Source: Acidobacteriota bacterium (GTDB taxonomy: Bacteria; Acidobacteriota; Thermoanaerobaculia; Gp7-AA8). Taken from it: a stretch of 30,707 bases of DNA. The notes under the pieces are model-generated. The model made no database searches. It saw only the letters and a program-made list of their open reading frames with translations, and was not told the DNA's origin. Location of the stretch: NCBI GenBank assembly GCA_031388865.1, contig JANMSA010000010.1:1-30707 (forward strand), written 5' to 3'. Made by a program: the position numbers and the translations under genes. Positions 8,948 to 16,122 of the stretch are shown in pieces. Within the stretch, counting starts at the first letter, position 1. Each line of letters starts with the position of its first letter.

Positions 8948-10413
8948 AGCGCTTCGCCGTTGCGCTTGCGCTCCTCGTCGCGGGCACGGCCTGGGCGGCA
9001 GCGCCACTCACTCCCGAGGAAAAGCGTGGACGGAAGATCTACCTTCACGGTGACGGCGCCACCGGCCCGATGGCGGCGTTCTTCGGTGCGGACGATGCAG
9101 GCGAGATCAACGCCAGCGTCGTTCCCTGCTCTTCGTGTCATGGTGCGGACGGACGCGGCGTTCCCGAGGGCACGGTCGCACCGTCCGACATCCGCTGGAG
9201 CGTTCTCGCGAAACCGTTCGTGTGGGCCGATGGCGCCCGCCACCGCCCGCGCTATGACCAGGCGCTGCTCACTCGCGCCGTTCGTGGAGCCATCGACGCC
9301 GCCGGCACGCCGCTGTTCGCGGTGATGCCGCGCTACCGCATCGACGAGCCCGATCTCGTCGATCTGCTCGCCTACATGCGCAGGCTGGGCAACGAGCCGC
9401 AGCCGGGGCTCGAAGACGACGCGATCGTGATCGCAACCGTCGTCCCGCTCTCCGGTCCGCGCGCCCCCTCCGGCGAGGCGGCGCGCCGCGTGATCAGCGG
9501 CTACTTCGCCGACGTCAACGAACAGGGCGGTCTGTTCGGCCGGCGCCTGAAGCTCGAGGCCATCGACGCCGTCGCGCCGTCGGAAGACATCGCCGCCGCT
9601 CTCGGCGGTCCGATCTTCGCCGTCGTCGGCGCTTCGTGGGCGGGCGGCGATCCAGCGCTGGACGATCTGATCGCCGCCGAGCGCATCCCGCTGGTCACGC
9701 CGTTCGCGAACGCAGTGGAGAGCCGCTCCGCGGTGAGCTCGTTCTACCTGTTTCCCGATCTCGAGAGCCAGACACTGGCGCTGATCGATTTCGCCGCGGA
9801 GCGCGCCGGCAAGACCGCGATGCGCATCGCGCTGGTGCACGACGGGTCGAAGGTGGCCGAAGGCGCTGCCGATACCGCGTCGCGGCACTGCGCGTCGATC
9901 GGCTGGCCGGTGACGACGAATGCGTCCGAGGATGCGGATCTCCTCCTGGTCATCGGCAACGTCGATGTGTCCGCGCTCGCGGCGACGACGAAGACTCCGC
10001 AGATCCTGATCGCCGGAGCGTCGGTGACCCGATCGTTGTTCGACCTGCGCGGGAAGAAGGTGTTCGTCGCCGTTCCCACGCTGCCGGGCGACATGACCGG
10101 CGAGGGGAAGGGGGAGATCGAATCGTTCGCGATGCGACACCGGCTCAGCCCCGCCCACCGCGCCGCCGAGGTGGCGGCATACGCGTCAGTGAAGGTCTTC
10201 GTGGAAGCGCTGCGCCGCGGAGGCCGCGACGCCACGCGCGAGAAAGTCATCGCCTCGCTCGAGCGCCTCTACGGGTTTGTCACCGGCGTGACGCCGCCCA
10301 TCACGTACGGCCCAAGCCGCCACGTCGGCGCCGTCGGCGCCTACATCGTCGAGGTGGACTTCGAGCGCAAGACATTCGGCCCCGCCAGCCCCTGGATCAC
10401 GCCGGAGCAGTGA
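8944..10413 (+). CDS. c-type cytochrome domain fused to a type I periplasmic binding protein (LivJ-like) domain
   Basis: Signal peptide, CSSCH heme motif, candidate axial Met in VMPRY, then PLSGPRA...INEQGG-like LFGRRLKL segment characteristic of Leu/Ile/Val-binding proteins. ATGA overlap. Confidence 0.85.
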   Translation: MKRFAVALALLVAGTAWAAAPLTPEEKRGRKIYLHGDGATGPMAAFFGADDAGEINASVVPCSSCHGADGRGVPEGTVAPSDIRWSVLAKPFVWADGARHRPRYDQALLTRAVRGAIDAAGTPLFAVMPRYRIDEPDLVDLLAYMRRLGNEPQPGLEDDAIVIATVVPLSGPRAPSGEAARRVISGYFADVNEQGGLFGRRLKLEAIDAVAPSEDIAAALGGPIFAVVGASWAGGDPALDDLIAAERIPLVTPFANAVESRSAVSSFYLFPDLESQTLALIDFAAERAGKTAMRIALVHDGSKVAEGAADTASRHCASIGWPVTTNASEDADLLLVIGNVDVSALAATTKTPQILIAGASVTRSLFDLRGKKVFVAVPTLPGDMTGEGKGEIESFAMRHRLSPAHRAAEVAAYASVKVFVEALRRGGRDATREKVIASLERLYGFVTGVTPPITYGPSRHVGAVGAYIVEVDFERKTFGPASPWITPEQ

Positions 10414-10479
10414 TCCGTGGGGGGGGGTGCATCACGTAGGATTCACGTGTCTTCCCGCGGTCATTTTAGAAGGGAAACA

Positions 10480-10518
10480 GACGACCAGGACGTTGGATCC
10501 GCCAACGTCCTGGTCGTC
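10480..10518. terminator. 17-bp perfect inverted repeat between convergent genes; likely terminator
   Basis: GACGACCAGGACGTTGG-ATCCG-CCAACGTCCTGGTCGTC, followed by TGTTT on the minus strand. Confidence 0.75.
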
Positions 10519-10535
10519 CCGGAACGGCTCAACGA

Positions 10536-11040
10536 TCAGTCGTCCCCGTCGTCATCATCGTCGCCTTCGACCTCGATGGTTTTGGCGAGCAGGCTTCCGT
10601 TGCTCTGCTCGAAGGCGTCGACCTCGACCTCCTGTCCGGGCCGCAGGTCCGCAAGTGTGCCGCGGCGGTCATCGATCATAACGACCGTGTCGGTATCGAC
10701 CGTCACAATGACATTGCCCTCGTCGGTCCGGATGGTGAGCTGACTACCGGCGATCGCGGTGATGCGGCCTTCGATCTCGACGCTCTCATCGTCGCCATCG
10801 CCATCGTCGTCCTCATCCTCGATCTCGATGGTGATCGCGAGCAGGCTTCGGTCGCTCTGCTCGACGGCATCGACCTCGACCTCCTGTCCGAGCCTCAGGT
10901 CTGCAACGGTGCCGCGGTGGTCATCGATCATGATGACCGTGTGGGCATCGACCGTCACGGTGACATCGCCCTCGTCCGTGCTGATGGTGACGCGACTGCC
11001 GGCGATCGCGGTGATGCGGCCTTCGATCTCGACGCCTTCA
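10536..11040 (-). repeat. Intragenic tandem duplication with 252-bp (84-aa) period
   Basis: GTGATGCGGCCTTCGATCTCGACG occurs at 10759 and 11011, and the last two protein repeats are near-identical. Confidence 0.85.
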
Positions 11041-12317
11041 TCATTGTCATCGCCATCGTCGTCCTCATCCTCGATCTCGATGGCGACCGCTTCGAGCGAG
11101 CCATCGGGACCACGGCGGGCCACGATCTCGACCTCATCACCTGTCTTGAGCCGCGAGAGGTCGAGAATCGAGTCATCGCCGCGGATGATCGTCGTAGCCG
11201 TCACCCAGATCGTGGTATCGAGACCGTTCTCCGCCCGAACCGTCAATTGGGAACCGCTGATCCCGACGATCGTTCCTTCGAGCTCAAAGAAGCGCTCGTC
11301 GTCCGTTTCGATCTCGACCAACAAGGCGGTCCAGCTGTCCGTCGCGGTTGCCTGAACCGTCGCTTCGACCGCGTCGCCCACCTTCACCTCGGACAGCGAC
11401 AGACGCCGCTCGTCTGAGCGGATCACCGTTTCGGGAAGCACACTCACCGTGAGCTCGGCGCCCGAGCGCGTGCGAATCCGAAGAGAGTCATTGCCGACCG
11501 CGGTGATCACCCCTTCGATTTCATGAAACCCATCGTCGTCAACCTCGATCAGCAGTGCCGTGAGAACATCGCCGGGTCCGCGCAGTGCCTCGATCTCGAC
11601 CTCTGCCCCAACAAAAAGGACACCCGAGGTTGCGGTCGAGTGATCAGCACGGAACCGGGTATCGGGCGTGAGCAGAACCTTGAACGCGGAGCCGTGGCGG
11701 GTCCGTAAGCGGATCGCTCCCGGCTCGACACCGGTGACGACGCCTTCGATCTCCACCGTCTCGAGATCGGCTTCGATCACGAGTGCCACCTCTGCGCCGG
11801 TGGCGTCACGAACCCACTCGACTTCGACGCGCATGCCGGCCGCGAGCGCTGCGAGGGATGTGACGTGATCATCGACGACCACGACTGTCTGCGGGGTCAA
11901 TCGAAGGGTCATCTCACCATGCGGGGTGGTGAGAACCAGTGCGTTGCCGGAGACGCTCTTCACCACGCCGCGCGCATCGCTTTCCGTCTCGATTTCGATC
12001 GCGATCGCGGTATAGACGTCATTCGCATCGCGCTGAAACCGGGCCTCGACTTTGTCGCCGACTTGAAGGACGGCGTCGAGCAGACGGTGGTCGTCCGTGA
12101 AGATCCTGGTCTGAGGCGTGAGCCGCGCCATCAGATCGCCTCGCTTCGCCGTACGAATCGTCACCGAGTCTCGAGAGAGAGCCATGACGACCCCGTCGAC
12201 CTCCTGTGGACCCCCAGCGACCGCACGCCGCCTGCCCCCGCCCGATCCTTCCGCCACGGTGGCGCTCAGAAGGGCCGTGATCATCATCAAAACCATAAAC
12301 AACCGTCTCGAAAGCAT
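10536..12317 (-). CDS. Secreted acidic protein with seven DUF5666-like (OB-fold-type) repeats, 593 aa
   Basis: RBS AGGAG, hydrophobic signal, and seven ~70-85-aa units of the form EIEGxITAI...L.vG..VEV.a......l.A..IEIE. Confidence 0.85.
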   Translation of the reverse strand: MLSRRLFMVLMMITALLSATVAEGSGGGRRRAVAGGPQEVDGVVMALSRDSVTIRTAKRGDLMARLTPQTRIFTDDHRLLDAVLQVGDKVEARFQRDANDVYTAIAIEIETESDARGVVKSVSGNALVLTTPHGEMTLRLTPQTVVVVDDHVTSLAALAAGMRVEVEWVRDATGAEVALVIEADLETVEIEGVVTGVEPGAIRLRTRHGSAFKVLLTPDTRFRADHSTATSGVLFVGAEVEIEALRGPGDVLTALLIEVDDDGFHEIEGVITAVGNDSLRIRTRSGAELTVSVLPETVIRSDERRLSLSEVKVGDAVEATVQATATDSWTALLVEIETDDERFFELEGTIVGISGSQLTVRAENGLDTTIWVTATTIIRGDDSILDLSRLKTGDEVEIVARRGPDGSLEAVAIEIEDEDDDGDDNDEGVEIEGRITAIAGSRVTISTDEGDVTVTVDAHTVIMIDDHRGTVADLRLGQEVEVDAVEQSDRSLLAITIEIEDEDDDGDGDDESVEIEGRITAIAGSQLTIRTDEGNVIVTVDTDTVVMIDDRRGTLADLRPGQEVEVDAFEQSNGSLLAKTIEVEGDDDDDGDD

Positions 12318-12329
12318 GTGTCTCTCCTG

Positions 12330-12366
12330 AAAAAAAAAACGGAAGGCGCAAGGTACGCCTTCCGTT
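12330..12366 (-). terminator. Intrinsic terminator immediately 5' of the RBS of the DUF5666 gene
   Basis: Minus strand AACGGAAGGCG-TACCTTG-CGCCTTCCGTT followed by a further T run, then CAGGAGAGACAC-ATG. Confidence 0.8.
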
Positions 12367-12780
12367 CAACTCCGTCTGCTGGATTGATTGATTCAGATCT
12401 TCAGGTGCGGATCTTAGGTCCCGAACACGCGATTGCGAGTGACATGGGTCACACGTTGCGACGGTGGCCCGATTCACCGCGACCGCCTACGTGCAGGATC
12501 TCGTGTTTCGGAACGAGAACAACCTCGAGCACGCCAGGGCGCCCTTCTTCCTGAATACACCCGGCCTCAGTCTGGATACCTATGACGCCAGTGACGGGCG
12601 CAAGATGCTTCGCGCTTCTGCTCGTGATCTCGAACAGCGGGTTCAGCTCCGAGCACGCGTGTCACAGCCGCTTCACGGCGCCCGATGACTCTCGCGTGAA
12701 GCGCAGCGGGCCGGGGCATCGCGCCGGCGCCGCGCGCCTTACGGCCAACTCCTCGCCGCCCGACCCGGGAATGAGCAAAC

Positions 12781-14229
12781 TCAGGTTTCTCCCGCACCGG
12801 AGATCGGCGTGGACGACACGCAGTTGCGGCCCGCCGCCTTGGACGCATAGAGCGCGGAGTCGGCTGCCTCGAGCAGCTGCTTCAGCTCGAGCGTGTGCTC
12901 GTCGAAGACGGCCACGCCGGCACTGAGGGTCACGGCCACCGGGCCGCGTCGCGTCTTGATCGGAGCTTCTCCAACGGCGAGGCGAATTCGCTCAGCCGCT
13001 TTCCGCGCCATCTCCAGCGTCGTCTCCGGGAGCAGCACGGCGAACTCCTCACCTCCGAAACGCGCCGCCAGATCGGTCGCCCGAAGGGTCGACTGTAAGC
13101 GGCGCGCCGCCTCGCGTAGCACGTCGTCGCCTGCCCCGTGCCCGAGACGGTCATTGACACCTTTGAAGTGATCGAGGTCGATCATCACCGCCGCGAGAGG
13201 ATGACCGTACCGCCGGGCCCGACGGCATTCGTCCTGCCCGACCTCCAGCAGGCGTCCGCGGTTTGGAAGGCCGGTGAGCGCGTCACGCTCGGCCATCCGC
13301 TGCATCCGGCCAAAGAGCAGCACCAGTCGTTCCGCGCCGAACAAAGCAACACCCGCAGCCAGCGCGGTGACGACAGCCAGGAGGAGAAGGTTCCGTCGCT
13401 CCAGGCGGCGCGGTTCCGCAAAGGCGACGGCGGTTGGCACCCCGAGTGAGAGAAAGACGTCCCCGGCACTCCCTCCTCTCGGAAGCTTCGTGAACCCGTA
13501 GAGGCGCTGCACTCCATCGCCGCCCCCGGCCTCGGCCGTTCCCTCGCCTCCCGAGGCCACGATCGCCTGCCAGAGCTCGCTCCTGTTCGCGTCGCGACCG
13601 ACAATCCCCTCGGGATCGGGGTAGCGGAGCAGGATCCGTCCAGAAGCGTCCCAGAGCGTGACCCGGGTGAGAGCGTCGAGGCCTGCCACGGCGAATGCCG
13701 TGGCCACCCAGCGGATCGCCAGCCTGGTCACGAGCACTCGCGCCGGCACGCCAGGGTCGCCGGGCACAGTATGGACAACGGTGAAACTGGGGACCTTCGC
13801 GACGCCGGCGAGGCGGATCGGCCCGACCGCGAACGTCATTGCCGCCGCCTGGGCCAGGAGTGCGTGGTCTTCCGCATCGATGTTCGCAGGCTGAGCGCTG
13901 GCGACCACTGCGCCGTCCACGCCGGCGAGCAGCAGGGTCTCGTACTGGTGGGGAGACGTGGCAAACACATCGCGGAACAACGCGGCACATGCTTCGGGCT
14001 CCGCCCGCCTCACCGCGGGCGCCTGGGCCAGAACAAACAGGAGCTGGCGGGCGTCGGCGACGACGCGGCCGTGCTCCGCGGCGAACAACAGCACTAAACG
14101 CCGCGCGTCCTCCCGCTCGCGCACGCCGGCCCGTCGCCGCTCCTCGAATCCCTGGTACAGGGTGAAGACAAAGAGTGGACCGACGGCCAAGGCAATCAGC
14201 AGGAGCAACCGCGCTCGGATGCCGCTCAC
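12781..14229 (-). CDS. Membrane sensor diguanylate cyclase (TM-Cache-like periplasmic domain-TM-GGDEF)
   Basis: Two TM segments, DALTGLPNR, IDLDHFKGVND, RATD I-site five residues before the GGEEF active site. GTG start. Confidence 0.9.
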   Translation of the reverse strand: MSGIRARLLLLIALAVGPLFVFTLYQGFEERRRAGVREREDARRLVLLFAAEHGRVVADARQLLFVLAQAPAVRRAEPEACAALFRDVFATSPHQYETLLLAGVDGAVVASAQPANIDAEDHALLAQAAAMTFAVGPIRLAGVAKVPSFTVVHTVPGDPGVPARVLVTRLAIRWVATAFAVAGLDALTRVTLWDASGRILLRYPDPEGIVGRDANRSELWQAIVASGGEGTAEAGGGDGVQRLYGFTKLPRGGSAGDVFLSLGVPTAVAFAEPRRLERRNLLLLAVVTALAAGVALFGAERLVLLFGRMQRMAERDALTGLPNRGRLLEVGQDECRRARRYGHPLAAVMIDLDHFKGVNDRLGHGAGDDVLREAARRLQSTLRATDLAARFGGEEFAVLLPETTLEMARKAAERIRLAVGEAPIKTRRGPVAVTLSAGVAVFDEHTLELKQLLEAADSALYASKAAGRNCVSSTPISGAGET

Positions 14230-14331
14230 GACTCGCCCACGTCGAGCTCCCCCTCAGCGAACCACCAACGATCTCTGACACGCCGGCGGTCTGCGGGGAA
14301 CGCCGCCAGCCAGACCGACCACACGCGTGCC

Positions 14332-14706
14332 AACCCTCTCTCTCGATGCTCCGCCGAGCATCACGCCCAATATACACGCTCCCAAATCGTCCCCATCACT
14401 TGATGGCCTCGGGTGTCATGGAAGTGAGCCGCGGACACCGTCGAGAACTGGACCACTCCACTCTCCAACGAATACCCGGCTCCCACGACGATGAGCCCAT
14501 CATCCTGGAACACTGGCGCAAGGAATCCGCTTCGCTGGCTTCGACGCCGCCGCCACGTTCAGCTGCCGTCTGATCGCCGTGGCCATGATCGCGTGCGCAA
14601 TCCGGTCCAGGCGGCACGACCTCCTGAACAGCTCCGGCAGCGATCGCCTCCTTCGGCATCCCGAAAACGATGCATGTTGCTTCGTCCTGGCCGATCGGCG
14701 CAGCGC
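14332..14706. repeat. Diverged duplicate of 22032-22225 joined to 22588-22770
   Basis: Read-by-eye alignment shows near identity (roughly 14 differences in the first ~195 bp, about 4-7 in the second ~185 bp). The intervening 366 bp are missing at a shared AGGA. Confidence 0.9.
14416..14706 (-). pseudogene. Fused remnants: 3' end of cheB (with 1-nt insertion) and C-terminus of a beta-carbonic anhydrase
   Basis: IGQDEATCIVFGMPKEAIAAGAVQEVVP then a frameshift; QDDGLIVVGAGYSLESGVVQF is the carbonic anhydrase tail. Confidence 0.75.
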
Positions 14707-15075
14707 TGAGCGAGCACATGACCGCTCCCGTCGCCGTAATTAGCGGGAGCAGCAGACTTTCGTGTGCCAGATGTAGTGCTCGTGAGCCACAGCGGACGAT
14801 GTGCCCTCACGAAGGCCAGGCGCCCACCAGAACCTGATGTGGGCAGTTAGTTCGCCCGCGCCTCTGCGCGCTGCGCACAGACAACGACAGCTGAGAACCG
14901 ACAACATCTTTCCAACCGGACACCGACTTGTGCGGAGCGATACTTGGAAGCAGGCGTGATCAGTCACGCCCCACCGTTCCTCTCTCAGCTCGTGGCGCAC
15001 GTGGTGGCGAGCTCGAGTCATGATCGCGATGAATCGATTGCGCGTTTGGAAACGAGGTGCGCTACGTCCCGGGAA

Positions 15076-15792
15076 TCATAACTTCGTGGGCGGAGGGGCT
15101 GGATTGACCGTGACGGTGAACGTCGCGGAGCCGCGAACGATCGCGGGCCCCGGGGGACCAGTCAACCGAAAATCCCTGAACCAGGAACGGTCGACGGAGA
15201 AATTCCCTACGGCGGTGCACTTCAGCGGAAACCTCGCGGAGTTTGCGGTGCTCGTGGCGAGCTTGCCGCCCAGATCGTAGCGACCGTCCGCGACGTCGAG
15301 CATCGCCCCCGCGGGTCCAATGACCAGATGGGTGACGCTGCCAATCACCTTCAGGGTGAAGGTTTCGCCAACGTAGCATGAGCGCGAGCTCCCGTCGGCG
15401 TAGCCAGTGATCGTCGTCCTGTAAGACTTGATCTTGAAGGTCTCCTCGCCCATGGCGAAGTTGATCGTGATGGTGGCGTTGTCGCCATCAGACGCCGATC
15501 CGGCGCCGACGAGGATCTCCACGGAGCTGTTCGAGCCACCCACCCTTCGTCCGATGTCGACGGTGAACGATGAATCGTTCGATTCAGCGCCGATGCAAAG
15601 GTCCATGTACTCCCCTTTGACGATGATCGAGGTCTTTGCGGACGAGTCGACGAAGACCGGAATCCTGTCAGTTACCGAGTACGTTTGGCCATGCGCCGAG
15701 ATCGATGAGATTCCGGCTTCCGCGCCGGCGGCGAAGAGCAGCAGTCCTGCCGCTGCCGCAACACCGGCGATGGATTGAAAAGGTCCGCGCAT
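15076..15792 (-). CDS. Secreted hypothetical beta-rich (Ig-like) protein, ~238 aa
   Basis: RBS GAGGAG before GTG-ATG (15795/15792), signal peptide ending AEA|G, Ser/Thr/Gly-rich beta-strand pattern, ends in a Pro-rich PAPPPTKL. Confidence 0.75.
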   Translation of the reverse strand: MRGPFQSIAGVAAAAGLLLFAAGAEAGISSISAHGQTYSVTDRIPVFVDSSAKTSIIVKGEYMDLCIGAESNDSSFTVDIGRRVGGSNSSVEILVGAGSASDGDNATITINFAMGEETFKIKSYRTTITGYADGSSRSCYVGETFTLKVIGSVTHLVIGPAGAMLDVADGRYDLGGKLATSTANSARFPLKCTAVGNFSVDRSWFRDFRLTGPPGPAIVRGSATFTVTVNPAPPPTKL

Positions 15793-15867
15793 CACTGGTC
15801 TCCTCCTCGCAGCCACGCCCGGGCTGCCTCGGTTGCACTGGTAGTCCGTTTTAGTGGAAGAGATTGA

Positions 15868-15876
15868 ATTTTAGCA
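15868..15876 (-). promoter_or_regulatory. Extended -10 element TGCTAAAAT upstream of the secreted protein gene
   Basis: TGn-TAAAAT in an AT-rich patch about 75 bp upstream of the start. Confidence 0.45.
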
Positions 15877-16122
15877 CTAGTGTCGCCCGAAGGGGTTGTT
15901 CAGGTCCAGACGATAGAACCACGCCAGCACTGTCTAGCGCCATTCGAACTCGATGAGCTCTCCCGCGGCCAAGGCGGATTCCAGGCGGAACTACGCCAGC
16001 GGAACTTCCCGGCTACCGCACGACCTCCGCCGCCCCAGTCATGAGGCAATCACCGGGGCCCTCTTCGCCTCGAACAAAGGCCCGAAGGGCGGCTCACCCT
16101 CGGTTGGGAGGTTGGTACGCTC

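Noticed and set aside
10419-10427. G9 homopolymer as a phase-variation tract
   Set aside because: It lies just after the last gene of the operon, not in a coding region or promoter.
10536-11300. CRISPR array or DGR template/variable repeat pair
   Set aside because: The repeats are in-frame protein-domain duplications with no spacers, no adenine-specific divergence evident and no reverse transcriptase or cas genes.
12445-12460. Plus-strand sigma54-like TGGGTCACACGTTGC
   Set aside because: Spacing is right but the -24 box is poor and no plus-strand gene follows.
12330-12620. Match to known riboswitch classes (c-di-GMP-I/II, c-di-AMP, yybP-ykoY, fluoride)
   Set aside because: Only short partial resemblances (GGTGAATC, GCAA...GCAA, ATGACGCC); core consensus elements are missing.
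14310-14335. Sigma54 promoter TGGCACG upstream of the cyclase
   Set aside because: Good -24 box but the -12 position reads TGGT, not TTGC.
14720-15050. Coding remnant (e.g. FRVPDVVLV, Uma2-like) or small hairpins
   Set aside because: The match is too short to support a family, and the ORFs lack start signals.
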